From Haplodiscus bocki (taxonomy: Eukaryota): 64,000 nt of DNA. This document shows, in pieces, positions 47,465-61,820 of this stretch; position 1 is the stretch's first letter, and each line of letters opens with the position of its first letter. Position numbers and translations under genes: made by a program. Under the pieces are notes generated by a model that did no database searches, was not told the origin of the DNA, and was given only the letters and a program-made list of their open reading frames with translations. The DNA is taken from contig OZ296648.1 of assembly GCA_965655095.1 (NCBI GenBank), positions 190,216,001 through 190,280,000 of the forward strand, read 5' to 3'.

Positions 47465-50400
47465 GTAAGGCCAAAATCAGTACAGTTAATTAGAGTCGGC
47501 CGTTTTTTATGCAGCTCATCATGTAAATTTCATTACTTGTACTAGTAGTAAACCCAAACAGTGACACAAAATCGAGCAAGACGCCCGGCAAACAGTGGGA
47601 AATTTTCCTTCCGTTTTGGGGAACAAACTTTGAAAAAATCGTACTTCAAAGCACAAATTGTCAAAAAAGTTGTTCGAAATTTGCCCTAGAACTAAATTGA
47701 TGATTCTTCCGAGCGAAATTTAGGCAAAAACAATTTTATTGGAAAAGCGAATTTATTAGATGGATTTTTCGACAACTCTGCAACAATTTGGCGAAATAAA
47801 TTTTTGAAGGTGCATTGTATGCTGATTGCGCAGTTGGCAGATGTCTAAAAAAACCGAACATTGGATCAATGGTTCAACTTCCATGTATGAAACATGGGCG
47901 GAAAGTAAAAAGGATTTCTTGCCCTCACAAAGTCGACAATAACTCCTCAACTAGGTAGGCTGGCCTGCTTCCCGTACCTTTTTCCCCGAAGTCTTCTCGA
48001 GTTTTCAGTTTAAGTTCGACGTAATGAAAATCTCACTTCCGCACTGCTTCTTGCAATATGAAAAGTCAATTTCGATGATTGACAGGTAAAATTGAGGCTT
48101 TTCGTGGAGGTAACCAATATCAACTATCTTGCGACCTGAACTTGGTCATCATGCTTTTTAGCTTCAATTTTCTGTTGTCAGTGGTGTGACAATATTTGCC
48201 GACAACAAGCTTGTTCTTTATCTTTACGTCATCAACACCTGAGACAATGTCTAGACACATTTTTATAGCGCTCTGGTGATGATGTTCTCTTTATGAAAAA
48301 CGGGGAGTTTGTTTCGCAGTTCTATCCAAGACCAAGAAAAAAAATCGATAGCTCAAATTTATTTTTAGATAGACGCAGAAAAAGCTGTTAAATTTTTTAC
48401 CTTGCTACTTTCTCCGTGCTTGATGTTAGGAGATGCAAATTTGTAAGTGCTCATTGGATGTTCAAACAATAGCAATTTTTTTTTGAATTTTAACGACGTA
48501 CTCATGAAGTGAAAGTATTAATATAAAGATGCGTCTGATTTTACAATATTTAACAACTTTTTATCAGACAGTGAGTGATGAATTTGATAGTGTTATACAT
48601 AATTCAATAAATCTGTCTTGATTGTGAAAGCATTTTGATCAATCAAAAAAACCTTCCTGATGTTGAGGTTGAATTTTCGATTATGGGCAACTGATAATTG
48701 AAATTGGCTCGATTTTCAATCTGCGCAGATGTTTTTGAACATATCTTGCGAGCTTTCGAACCAGGGATTTAAAACTGGTTTGCTGGGGTGCAAATAATAT
48801 CTTCCCTCTTAGATGCAGTTGGGTGGGTATTTGAACGGAAATGAGCAGTTCCTTGAAAACATGTTGCTAAGTTTCCTAGCTGATGAAAGATGATCCTACT
48901 TCGAACATGAACAAACTCGACCTTATCTGTTGCATTGTCTCAAAAAAAGGGAAATGGTGAGAAAAAATTTATGAGTTATCATTCTGAGTTACCGACTGAT
49001 GATATCAATCTGTAAATAAAGCGAGATGTAGGTGGCATTTGGTTTTAAAGTAACCAGTTGGAAAAATTTTCGCAACAACTCCGAATTTAGATGTCTCAAT
49101 CTTGTTTATTTTACTCAGGCGAAAACCCGTACTATCATCCAAATTTCAAGTCTGTTTTTCCAAAAGTACGTGGCTTTACAGAGAATATTCCTTGACCTGC
49201 TTTGGAAGAGACTGTTCAATAAAATTATAATATTGCTAAAAGGTGCCTTACCCGCGGTTGCAAGTGGAGGAAGTACAGAACTACATCAAAGGTCCGTTTT
49301 GTTATAATGAACGTGGAGCTAAAAACTTGATTTTGAGTAATGTACCTAAAAATATGTTAAACTTTCACCTTTTCGTATAAAAGTTTCGGCAACTCAAGCC
49401 ATCGAACACCGAAATTTCAGCGTGTCAATGGGCATGCCCTATTCTGAGCGGCACTAGGTTTGTTCAATTCATGTAATTTTTAGCCATAAAAATGCTATTT
49501 TTGCTTCAAGAATTCTTTGAATGAGAAGGAGTACGTAAGATCAAAAATAGGCTGTACTCTGAAACTTCTGAAGGTCTCAAACGTAGAATGCGAAGGGATA
49601 GATAACATCAGAGGTACTTCACCATCAATCTATGCCATTTTTCAATCATCGATAATCGCAAATACGTTGGTTGAACTTCAAAGAAAAAAATGCGTTACTT
49701 CAATCGGTACGAAGTCTAGACGAATCTGCTAATTTGATCAAATTTACAATATTTCTCACTATCTGTCGACCCAAAAAAACATTAAATTCGAAGTTTTTGA
49801 ACTTTCAAAGTAGTTGGCATTCGTGAATCTTAACAAAACATCGGAAATACCTTAAAATTGTCTCGTCTCGTCTGCCATTCGTCAAAATTGACGCCTCCAG
49901 AGCTTATCAAAGTGTATCATGATAATTAAAATTCACGTTGTCAAAAATGTCTAGACTTTTTCAATCAATAGGGACGTTTCTTTAACATTTTGACTTAAAG
50001 GCAGAATGTGGATTGGAAACCGGCTTCTGCTTAGATTTTTTATCCGGTCCAAAATTTGCATTTTTTTGATGTCATCAGAGTCTAGTCATCTAGGGCAAAC
50101 CGGTCAAAAATGGCCTATTTTGGCAGGCATTTGTTCATTTTCGCGTTTTATTTACAAACCTTAAACATTGTGCAGCAAATGGGCGTAACCTGAAAAAGCA
50201 CGATTGACGTAAACTTTTCGTGTATGAGATCCTGTGACAGGTACTTGTCTCAATTTGACTTTTTCCAGCAAACTTTTAATCGACAGATGTAGTAGTATTT
50301 CTAAAAGTGTCAATCGCATCTCTGATCATGGTTTCAAATGGCTTTTGGGATCCGTGATCTCAACTGACAAGTCAGAATGTGTTGCGAAGTTCCGCTTCGT

Positions 50401-50525
50401 CTCTGTGTTTATATAGTCAAGCTTAAAATAGCTGATTACACTTGCGCAAGAAGGTGTTCACAGTCTGCGAATTCTTTTTTTCCCGATTCGTCCACATGTT
50501 CCTACTTTTTGACGAAAGAGAGGAG

Positions 50526-50597
50526 GGAGTGTCCAAGGCTCGAACCTGCGACCTTTGGCGTCACAGTCGCATGCTCTACTGACTGTGTCATTGCCGC
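50526..50597 (-). repeat. tRNA-derived (His-GTG-like) segment of a dispersed repeat; second copy ~17560-17630
   Basis: Minus strand has A-box-like TGACACAGTCAGTAGAGC, loop CTGTGAC and B box GGTTCGAGCC, but the stems do not close. Confidence 0.55.
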
Positions 50598-51335
50598 TTG
50601 AGAATTAGTATTTTTTCATTTAAAATATCAAGTGAATGAAATATTATAGCTTTTCTGACTTGTATGTAAATTTAGAAGAACGAACTGGGTTTCTGTACAC
50701 TTGTTATCTGTAGTAGTCGTAGTATCGTGGCCATTTCAAAAATCAGTTATATTTAGTCAATTTGTTCACTAGTACTCCGTTGGCGCAAGTGTTACGAAGC
50801 ACAGCGACGCCTCTGTGTAAAATTTGTGACTATTGACACGACAGTAGTGTTGAATGTAGGCAATTTTGACAGCTTTTAATTTTTTTATTCTTCGTAAATT
50901 GAGAAGTACTCCTCCCTTCGGAATGCCAACATTGGAAGGATATGGTGCAATATGTTGCTTTCTGCTCAAACTATTTACTTCTCTCATTTGTCGGCAAAGC
51001 AGCAAATGGGTCCATATGATGCATCTGCGGAAGGAAATGGAAAGTTTTGGGAATCTATTTTTTACATTAATCTACCACGTTTCTGAAATTGAGGGTATGT
51101 TTTGACGAGGAGTTTAAATAGATTTAGAGGATTGGGTAAAAGTTATTGAGTTGTGGTTTTCAAATAAAATACACCGAACAATGTCACTTGATGTTTTAAA
51201 GTGACATGGAAGCAAAGTGAATTGCCAGGGAACATTTGAAAACCATTGCTCTAACGCGTGAATGTGGTGCAATATTATTCAGAAGTTCTATGCGCCGCAA
51301 GCGTTTATTTTATGTTGTTACTTTTTGTGTTTCAG

Positions 51336-51666
51336 GGTCGAGAGGTCAACTGATCAAGTGGTGAAACCTGTGAACTTGGATGGTCTAAACAGTTGGGTCG
51401 GTCACATACCCATGAATGTGCTGAGCGAAGCAGACACGATAGCACCTATGCTGTTGAAACTGGGCTATGACCCCTACAACTACAACCCCAAGTACGGGGA
51501 GCCTGACGAAATTGTGAAAGCTAATCTGAAGCTACTAGAGAAGAACCCTGAAAGTTTTCAAGTGGAGACTTTCAGAATAGACCGCGACGGGTCAATACAG
51601 AAAGGGCAGCCAGGTCAAAATGAGATGGCTGCTTTGGCAGCAAAAGCAAAAGGATTCCAGGATTAA
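51336..51666 (+). CDS. TPST: Tyrosylprotein sulfotransferase, coding exon 4 (terminal)
   Basis: Acceptor ttcag|G. VERSTDQVVKPVN...WVGHIP....IAPML.KLGYDP...P.YG.PD. Stop TAA at 51664-51666. Spliced CDS is 1197 nt = 398 aa. Confidence 0.96.
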
Positions 51667-53939
51667 TTATCAACAGGTACCGGATTATTATCATGTATGA
51701 TAAGTAGAATATGTTGTCAAATATATAAACAAGACGGCCGGCGCTGGCGTTGAGTAGATTTTCCTTCCGTATTTAAATATGGACGGAAAATAATAATATT
51801 AGTTAAAAATGCTGCATTGAATGCCAGCTGAGAAATGGATTGTAGTATACGCAAAAACGGGTGTCATGACTTTTAAATTGGAATCACAAAAGAATTTTCA
51901 CCTTTTATAGAAGACATTCGGAATAAACCGAAATAGCAAAAATCTTGTAATTGCCAAAATATTTACGTTCCACTGTAAGTTTGCATTTGTTGTTGAAGGA
52001 AGTTTGAAGGAAGTTCGCCTTGAAATCTGAACTGACGAAAATGCTGTAAAAAGTAATTGACATTTCACCTTAAATTTATTCTGCGCATTTTCAAAATAGA
52101 ATTTTCGTTTTGATTTATAACAAAATCCGGTCCCTTATCAGATCAGATATTTGTTTGTTGATTTCATCTCTACACTAACTTGGTGCTCGAACTTCGATTT
52201 ATTCTGGCCTCAAATAGATAGTGGATGGAATGATAGATGCTGCTTCTTGTTGTGGTTACTTTGACGCTTCCCTGAAGAGTTAGATTTTTTGAAGAAATCT
52301 CAACTTGAGAAGTAAAACTATTGTTTTTGTTGTTCAAGTTGTCGAAACTTGAAAATGTTCCTCAATTGAGCTTTCCTGTTCGTAATTCGTTGAATGATTA
52401 ATAATAAATATCATTACAACTATTCAGCAATATTGCATAAAATAACTTGTTGAAATTCTGGTTTAACTATTTGAAATTCTGGTTTAACTATTTGGTCCAA
52501 AACTCCGAAGATGAAACGTTTAACAATTCTAGCGTTTAACAATTGTTTGCACCAATTCAGTTGGCTATAGCAATTTTTTAGTTGCAGCCGTTATCCTAGA
52601 GCTGTTGTTTTATACTATTGATTTTCATAATTTCAAAGACTTCGCAAACTTAAAACCAATAGTTAAAAATTCGTATTTAGATCCAAATTCCTCTGGCTAA
52701 GTGTTCGAGTTTTAGTTTTGAATGAACGTTATCTGGTATTTCTTTTAATCATTTGCTAAACTGGTTATGGTGGTTTTTCAAGTATTTAGAAAGTATTTGC
52801 CTTTTGAAAGTGGTTCAACTGAAATGGTTTGGTATCTTCGGTTTTTTATGACGAAAAAGTTATTCGATCTATTAACTGAGTAATTGCTGATTAGTGGAGT
52901 GAAATTATTTTATTCAAGTTGATTAATCAAATCTGTATTTCTTTTATTGTTTGTATCGCTTTTTATAGCAATTCAGCCTTCCTTGTTGGAGCAGCTTGTT
53001 AACTGCTCAAATTTTGGTTATTAACTGAATTGTAAATGATTTAATTATGACTAACTCCGTGCAGTAAGTTTATAATGTCCAAACTGGTACCGGCTGCTTA
53101 AAGGGACGGAACCCCTCCCATTGTAGAAAAATTCCCGCGAGAAATTGAATTATTTTACCCCGGGAAAGTTTGTTCCTCATTTTTGTAAATGTTCGTTACC
53201 GAGTGTTGAAAATTATACGTCGGAGTGTCTTAGATTTTTAAACTTTATACGTGTAATGATTTGAAATAGAACAGGATCATAAAGTTGAAACGCTTGCGTA
53301 ACTCCGGTACTTGCCATGGCTGCTTTTTTATTAAGTTTGTTTTTGTTTCCGTAAATTTATATTGTTTCGTCGAACGAAACATCTTTTGGGCTTATAGGTA
53401 ATCTCGACTATTTTTTTTGTTGTTTCCTAGGCAAGCTCCCAGAGAGCGCCGGTGATATTAATTACTGTGAGAAGTAGTGAGCCGGTAAATTATTAATGAT
53501 TTTCAGGACAAGAGACGTTCGCTATTTGTACTGGCTCCTTTTGAACTGAAAGCTTTATTCGTTTCGTTTCTGACTTCGTAATCTTTTTCGCAGTCTTCCT
53601 TGCTTCTAAAAGTTCAGCGAAGGATTCTTAATTCGCAGCTGAAGGTGTAATATAAAAATGTGGTGGTGTCTTTTCCAGACCTATCGATGTGGCTTCGTTT
53701 GCTCCTCGTTGTCCGCGGCTGTAATTAGAAATTCTCATTTTCAAATGGTTGTTGGTGATTAAGTTTTCCGGGACGTCTGACCTATAACTGGGATTTTTCG
53801 TTAAGCTAGCAAACTGCAGTCAACTCGCTTTTGTCATCCTAATGCTCACAATTCACATTTTCTGCGTAATTGCGCAATCCACTCGTTTAATTCGTTTCTG
53901 AATTGAAAATTCTTGCCTTTTTTCGTACAGATCTTCTTT

Positions 53940-54800
53940 TGACTTTTTTAACTGGTAGAATTCTGATAGGAGGGGTAGATTTCAAAAATTGCTCTTCCAG
54001 TGTTTTTTGCCGATTAGTGTATGAAAAATGGACATCCTTGGTTTTCTGCAGATTATTGGACCTACCAGTAGTTGAATTAAACTCAATAGACTGCAAATAA
54101 AACTAAATTGTTCAAGAAAATCACTTTCGAAAACATCTTTCTTAAAAAACCTAAATTTCAAAGTGAGATATGGAAGTTTTTCCCGAATATGCATGAAACT
54201 GGAGATTCTCGCCTCTCAGTTAATTTTTCGCAAATTGGAAGAGATATACTTGATAATGAGTGGTTGAATTCCAGCGAAATCGTTCAAAAAATCTTTCTCG
54301 GAAACATAGTTCTGCTTGGAAGAAATTTACGTTTCGAAGTCTAAATTGGCATCTTTTCTAGATAGATTATTAAAATTGTGATCCTTTGTTTACAGCAGAC
54401 TTCTTGAGCTGCGGATACTCGAAATACAATTGTTAGATTGCAATCAGGACAATAGTGTTAAAAAAATCACTTTTGAAAACATCATGCTGCTGTAAACTCA
54501 ATTTCGAAATTTATTATAGTATTTTCCGGATTGTGCATCGAAATAGATATCTTGGCTTTTCGCAGATTATCTGAACTACGAGTAGCTAAATTTAACTCAG
54601 TAGTTTGCAATGGGACAAAATTGTTCGAGAAATTCAATTCCGAAAACATCATTTTCCTAAAAAAACAGCATCTAAATTCCGAAGTTTAAATGGAATTGTT
54701 CTGGCGTAAAGTGTAAATTATCAGAATGGAGGTGCGTTGTTTCAGCAAACTTTTCGAACTGCCAGTAGTTGAGTTGAAAGGTGATGATTGTAATCCCATC
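53940..54800 (+). repeat. Diverged tandem repeat (~170-180-bp unit); further copies at ~57680-58200
   Basis: Recurring gtagttgaatt...tgtt(c)aagaaaatcactttcgaaaacatc-like anchors. Confidence 0.55.
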
Positions 54801-55149
54801 AACAGTTAATCAAAGTCGCGTCTGAAAAGCTCAGGTAAGTTAATTACAGGAGAAATCGATGTTAATTTATTTCAGAAGTCTTAACGATTGCGACTCCGTC
54901 TATGTTTGTACATTGAGAAGATGGCAAGAAGAGCTTTTAGTAGGTTTTCAAAACTTGCTCTGAGGGAATAAGCTTTTCCACCAGCGCAGTAAAACTACTT
55001 TGTAACCCAAAAACTAATTATTGTGATGATAAGGAGCGTTTCCATCTCAACTCAGGCGAAGGGGAATGTCGCGAAGGTAGCGACAAGATAGAAGCTTTGC
55101 TTAAATCTGTCATCAATTCGAAAACTGCAATTTGCTATCAGGAATTTAT

Positions 55150-57150
55150 CTGAATTTTCAAGTTAAAATTAAATATTACTCCGGATAATCTTTGAACAAG
55201 AGGTGCAGTCGCACTGGGATTTTTTCCGTCAAGGCGGCAGAAAAATCATAGATTGAACATTCAACGTTTGATTTTTAAAAAGAAACGCATTTTTTAGAGA
55301 AAAAAGTTGTCGATGGAGATCTTGATGGAAGAATTCAAGCCAATGTAAGGACTAAAACAGGAGATTTTTCAGTGTAAGAGTCCTATAGTATTAGGAAAGC
55401 GTCAATTCGGAACCTCATACAAGAATTCACAGCTGTAGTTTTCAAGAAAGACGAGTTGGAATTTCGAGATATGTCTCAACTAAAATAACTTTTGCCACTT
55501 CTGGCCTATCAGGATTCCATTTCCGATTTAGAGATCATATTTTGAGATGCTTAGGAACGAACAGTTTGCTTCAGGTATAAAGCTATCGAGATTGACACCT
55601 TGATAAGAAAAATGAAATAGGTAGAATTGAAGAAGAAGTTTGAATGCCGAGTTGTGTCAATACTAAATGCACTTTCTGGCAACTCTGGTCCATCAAGATT
55701 CCACAGAGCGGTACAAATTCAACGATTTCTTATTCAAGTTTTCAAGCTCAAGTGGGTACCATTAGATTGAGACTTTGAAGGAAGACATCAAGTTACTAGT
55801 TATGGGAAAACCTGGCTTTGAAAATCGGGAAGACTCCATATCAAAAAATATTTGAATTTTTTGGACTATCAGAAGTCAATTGCAAGGAACGGAAAGATAG
55901 TTATTACCACTAATACCCCTCAAAAGCTGAAACCACTTGATTGCGACCTTGGTGGAAGAAATGAAACCTGTAGTTGCGGTCAAAGATGACTTTGCATGTC
56001 GAGATAAATCAAAAGTAATGGCATGTTTTGGAATTTTTGGTTTATCAAGATTCTGATGCGAGAAAAAAAGCAATGGTTTGATTTTTCAATAGATTTCCAC
56101 AAGTTTCAAGTGTTCGGCAGAGACCAAGATGGAAGATACCAAGCCTTTAGTTACGTAGGATTAAGATTTCCAAGATCGAGATGAGACATTATAAATAACA
56201 TTATTTGGAATATCGGAAGGTCAGTATGCCAATACAAAGAACAAAATCGACAATATTACCATCGAGATTGTTTCCAACTGAAAAGCTTTTCGTTGAGACT
56301 TTAATAGAAGAAATGAAGCCTATAGTTAAGGGTGACAAAGGAGGATGAGTTTGAGTGTGGAGAAAAAGTATTCGTAAAAGTTTTTTTCTGCAAATTTTGG
56401 ACTATCCGGACTCTGATACAACAAACAAAATCAAAGTTTGACTATCGAGAAAAATTAAAATGTTTTCTCTGGAAGTTTTGTACTATCAAGATACTGATGC
56501 AAGAGAGGAAAGCAATGATTTTTTAGTTGAATACTCGTCTACAAGTGCTGTTTTCGATTGAGATTTTGATGGAGGAAATCGAGCTGGTGGTGGCTCAGAG
56601 CTGGTGGTGAATGTCGAGCGAAATCAAGATAAATAACACTTCTTGGAATATTTGGACTGTCACGAATCCGATACATGGATCAAAACAAAAGGCTTCTCGA
56701 TTGAAGCGTCCTCCACAAACGGAAAGATTTCGATGGAGACTTTGCTTGGAGGAATCATAGTTACTGCGAAATATGAGTTTGATTATCGAAACAAAACATT
56801 AATATTGAACATTTCTTAATTTTTCCGACTGCCGGGATTATGATGGAGGGGTCACAAATATTGATTTTTCAACCAAATCATCGTCTACAAATGTCAGGCT
56901 TTCGATTGGTGCCTTGATGGAACAAATCAAGCTTTTAGTTGTAGAGAAGTAAGTGTTTAAATATCGATAAAAATCATTATAAATTGCACTTTTTATAATT
57001 TTTTGCCAATCAAGATTCTGATGCGAGGAACACAATCGATACTTCTCTACTGAAACAGTTCACCACGAGTGGAAGCTATCCGATTTAGACATTGATTAGA
57101 AATTTAAACTTGTATTTTTGCAGAAAAGTGAGTTTTAAAATCAAGGAAAT
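55150..57150 (+). repeat. Diverged ~175-bp tandem array
   Basis: Anchor gagac(t)ttgatggaagaaatcaagc at ~55322, 55600, 55775, 55949, 56126, 56301, 56566, 56742, 56914 and 57092. Confidence 0.75.
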
Positions 57151-58552
57151 TCAATACTAATCAGTCTTTCTGGCGTTATCTTGATATCGATATCACAGAA
57201 CGATATGATGCAGCATACGTTATTCCGAAGGAAACTATGCATTTTTTGCCTTTGGATAATTAGGGTAAAGGAAAAACTAATACATAAAAACTGGAAAAGA
57301 TTAAAATTAGTTAGTTTTATAATTAAACTTTTTGACGGACCTATAACTAATAAACTAATAAATCTCAAGTTTTGAAAAAAATTCTGAAAAAGAACCATTT
57401 GTTTCAGTTACGTGGGAAAGGGGTAATTTTTGAGAACCGCAGTGACACCCGACACTTGTATTATACAAGACACCAACACTGCAGAGTTGAACTCTGCGCG
57501 TCATCGGCAATTTCAGGAAAAGAAAAAAACGCCGATTACTGATTTGAATATTTTCCTTGCGAAAAAAACTTTTCGACGGAAAATAAAAAAAGAAAATTAC
57601 TAATTACTGCACTCAGGTAGACCCTAGTCAGCAAGTATTGCATTTACTTGCATTAACAGCCTGGAATTACTGTCCAATCATCTGTGTTCAGAAAAATCAC
57701 ATTCGAAATCATCATTCTGCCAGAGAAATTTATCCAAATTTCGACATCAAAACAAAATTTTCGCGCTAGCGAAAGAAATTGGAGATCCATGGCTCTTAGT
57801 AAATTTTCCAAACTGCGAGTATTGAAGTTGAAAGAAACATCTTTTGGGATACGGCCAACATTTTAAAAACATAATTTTCCTGAAAGGTATTTTTTTTGTC
57901 GAGTCATAAACTTGACTTTTTTCCGGATAAGTTTCCACCAGAGTTTCCGAACTCCTCTTTCTTCAAAATCTGATTTGAAATTGGAACGTTTCTGTGAGGA
58001 TAATAGTGTTCAAGGAAATCTTTCTCTAAAGCATTATTATGCTAAAGAACATGTTTCTTACGAAGTTTAAATTGAAATGTATTCCGCCTAATGTATGAAA
58101 ACGGAAATCCCTGGATTCTAGCAATTTTTCCGAACTGAAGATTTTGTATAGTAGCTGAATTGAAAGCGCATGATTGCACTCTGATCAACAGTTAATTAAA
58201 AAACCGTGCTCATGAAAGGTCAGATTTGAGCGGTCGCATTTTCTCCTTGCTCTTTTCGCGTTTCCACCGACAGCAAGAAAACGGCGAAATGGATATTTTT
58301 ATCTGATTGCAGCCACGAAAGGTTGCCGTAGTGCCGACTTGGACCACTCTAACTGAAATGCACCACTGTACTTTAATGCATAAGTTTCAGATAAATCAAC
58401 GTATGTTTAATTGTTAAATCGGCTGTACCTGTAGAAGCGTGGCCCCTTTAATATTGAGTATTGCCAGTCAGTTTGTGCACTCTTTTTTCATCTCTGTGGG
58501 CGGAAGTGTTCCGAGGCACAGCTCTACTTTTCTGTAAAAGGTGTGTTGTAGC

Positions 58553-59021
58553 TAGGCATGTGCGATTCAGGGATTTTTTATTCAATTCCAATCCAATTCG
58601 AGGGCATAAATTGCAATTCAGTTCAAAATCAATTCAATGCTCGGCGTCTTGAAATTTCCAAAATAGTCACGTGGAAATCACGATTTTATGGAAATATTAG
58701 ATTTTACGATTTCGGCCGTAGTTTTTTGCGGTACTTTTTGATTCAAAATCTTAAGTTTTTGGATAGCAAATACTATTTTTACGTCGTCTAAATTGAGTCA
58801 AATCTGGAAACAGAAAAACTTGTGATACTTAACGACAATTTTGTTGCCAACAATAATGTTAGCGAATTGAATTGAAACTTTCAATTCGCAACAATTTAGT
58901 CAATTCAATCCAGGGGAAATAAATGAATTTCAATTCTTTTAAATTAATGAATTCATTGAAATTAATGAATTTCAATTTCAATAAAGAAATGAATTTCAAT
59001 TCAATGAACCGCACATGCCTA
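58553..59021. mobile_element. hAT-type MITE
   Basis: TIR TAGGCATGTGCG(A/G)TTCA; 8-bp TSD GTTGTAGC/GTTGAAGC (7/8 match); internal AATTC/GAATT repeats. Confidence 0.85.
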
Positions 59022-59042
59022 GTTGAAGCGTATGGTGATGAT

Positions 59043-60305
59043 GGTTACATGTCATTTCGTCCTACGCCATTTCAACCGCTGCAATTTTAACCGCTGCAAT
59101 TTCAACCGTTTACACTTTCAACCGCTTGCCTTTTCGACCGCTTGCAAATTCAACCGCCACAAATTCGACCTATTTAATTAAGTTCAAGGTTATTCAATTT
59201 TTTCAAGACGTTCAAAAACAAGTAAAGTAATTATAGAATCAATTAAACGTCATCAATAAGACAGTGTTACGTAATTTCCAAAGATCATATTGGACAACTA
59301 CCATATGTACCAAACTTGAAAATGATGTTTCTGAACGTCATTAGGAAGAAATCAGATGCAATTAGCATCTCACTAGGACAGCAAACGCGAAGGGACTTTG
59401 ATTTCTTGTCACCGACTTTGAACATTTTTCTAAAGGGTTAGCCAGCCCGTAGTCCAAATGTACTTCCGATCTCACAAGAGACAATGTCTCTTGGATTAAA
59501 CTGTACAGCCAGTCATGTTAATGTTCTGAGACGCACTCCGGGAGGCTGCAAGGAGGTGTCAAGACAAAAAATCAAATATTCCTTCACATAATGATTGTTT
59601 TTCTGCAAAAATAAACAAAAACGGAATCTTATTCAGAAAACAAAAAATATTTACAGAAAAAAACATACCAAAAATCTCTAAACGTTTTTTATCTAAATTT
59701 TGCTACTACTCTAAGATATGGCACAGCTTTTTCGAACTCATAAGTGCTTCGAATATTTTGCATCTGTTTTTTTATTTTTTCGTATCGGGGGCGCTTGGGC
59801 ACAATAATCCGGCAGTTTCTTGAACATATTTAAACTGTTATTACAGTGGATACAGTTATTAGTTGATTGTTTCTGGTTATATGAGTGGCCGTCGTGAAGT
59901 GCAATTTTTCCGCCTCGGTTTGATTCTATACTTTGAATTTGCATTTTGAAACGTCTGATAGGTGCTGCTACTGGAATACTGAATGGCTCAAAATTTTTAC
60001 ACAATTTCGATTACGATTAGGTGCGATCTGTGTTAATTTCCTGTTATCGGTGTGTTAATTGCTGAATCCGGTAAGTACGACGCTTTTAGATTCAAACCTT
60101 AATTATTACGTTTAAAAAGGATTAATCTTAATTACAATTAGTTACTGTAATTAATTGATTACTAGATAATTGAAACGGTTGAATTTGCGGTGGTTGAAAT
60201 TGCACGCGGTTGAAATGGCACGCGGTTGAAGGTGTGAACGGTTGAAAGTGTGAACGGTTCAAATTGCAGCGGTTGAAATGGCATAGGACTAAATGTCCTG
60301 ACACC
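59043..60305 (-). mobile_element. Non-autonomous Mutator-like element (MULE) with a FLYWCH-like remnant
   Basis: Perfect 9-bp TSD GGTGATGAT (59034-59042 and 60306-60314). TIRs of ~120 bp with TTCAACCG subterminal repeats. Internal ESNRGGKIALHDGHSY...IHC. Confidence 0.88.
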
Positions 60306-61207
60306 GGTGATGATATTTTTGGGCAGTAAACGCTGAGTTCAGGTCATATTAATTTCATTTTTGTCGTACATCGAAAAAAAGATTCGTGACTGAACGGTTT
60401 AGCGGTTAAGAAGTTAACTTGCACAGCGGAGAAAATTCATTCTAGTTCTAATTAGCGAATAAACTAACATCTGCTTTTACATTCGTTCGTTTTCAAGTGA
60501 TTGATTGTCCCAATTTTTTTGTGATGTTTGTCATTTTTTGGGCAGCCTATTTTGTTGCGTTAGCAAAATAACGTACCCATTGGCGTCAAGGTAGCTCAAT
60601 TCATTTTTTCACGCTGCTAATCTCTCAGTGTAAAGCCTAGCGTACTTGGTGCCTAAGCTGGAGTGGCTGAGGAACGAATCCGATTTCCACATAACAGCTA
60701 GTATCGGCAAAAGTTTTAGCAAAGTTATCGCTGTTTTCGCATCTCAAGTAGATGTGCTTTCTTTCAGACCGAACGGTTGAATGTGCATTGACGCTCTAGT
60801 TGGTGTCACATCGGTTTTTCTTGACCTATTCTAGATTGTTAGTTTAAAATTTGCATACTTTTCACGCTTTGCGGTGTTTTCAAATTTATCTTGTTTCAAC
60901 GAATGTGTGACAACAGTTTACTCAAGGAGAGTATTACGGAGCCGAGTTAACCCACTTTCAACTCTAGCCAATGTAGGTGTTTTTCAAACCACCCAGGCAT
61001 TCGAAACGAAGTATGTTATCTGGAGATTTCTCAGTAAATTTAGTTCTCAACGCATCCATGACAATTTTCCCCGAAAGTGCACTTTCCCAGTTCACGACCC
61101 TTTTAACCCGACAACTCAGTCTGATTCAACCTGAGAAGTGCAACTGTCCAAATTTTCTTGGCCTGGAAGAATTCCAAATGTAATGACGGAAGTTTCACAT
61201 ACAGAAC

Positions 61208-61820
61208 GTTGTTGTTGTTGTTGTTGTTACCGTTGAGAGGATTAGTTGTCTGGGATGAGATTGAGGAACTGGGCCGCTTCTATCAGGTTCTCCCACAAGC
61301 TGGTCGCCTCCAGTGCGGTCGGCCTTTGTGGGCAACTGAAGAGGTGAGCCGTGTCGTGAGGTTGGGATTCGCTGAGGGGGCACTCATTCTTGACACTCGG
61401 GTCCAGTCGGCTCATGTACGAGGTCAAAAGAGGACAGTAGCCACTTCGGAGCTGCGCCAGGGTTGTTCTGGTGCTTCGTGGTAGTCTCCGCTCGTCAGGG
61501 CTGATTACTGATGGTATCCTGTGCAAAACCTTGTTCGGTTCGTATCCGTTGATGGTGTTGCTCACTGCGGTTGTATGAATCAACTTGATGCCACTTTTGT
61601 ACCATCCTTCGGTGTTCGTCAGTAGTGGCTCGATTGAGTCTTGCTGGCAGCTGATTAGGGTCGGCTTCATGAGTCTTTGAGGTGGGTCCGTGTGGTTCCA
61701 TTGTCTGTTAGGGTGGTTCGTCTGGTGAGTTTGGAGAGGGAACTGTCTGGAGAGCATCGTATTGCGTTCTTTCACTGGTAGGAGTTTCGTCTCGCGGTGA
61801 AGCTCATCGATGTGTGTCAT
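61208..61820 (-). mobile_element. 5'-truncated non-LTR retrotransposon 3' end with (AAC)n tail
   Basis: Open frame with HIDELHRETKLLPV...RTTLAQLRSGYC.LL.SY...CP...PHDTAHLFSCP..PT.L....LW; (GTT)7 at 61208-61228. Clade not determined. Confidence 0.85.

Noticed and set aside
53400-53720. Three acceptor-like pyrimidine-AG sites suggesting small exons
   Set aside because: I could not assemble a consistent reading frame or recognisable product.
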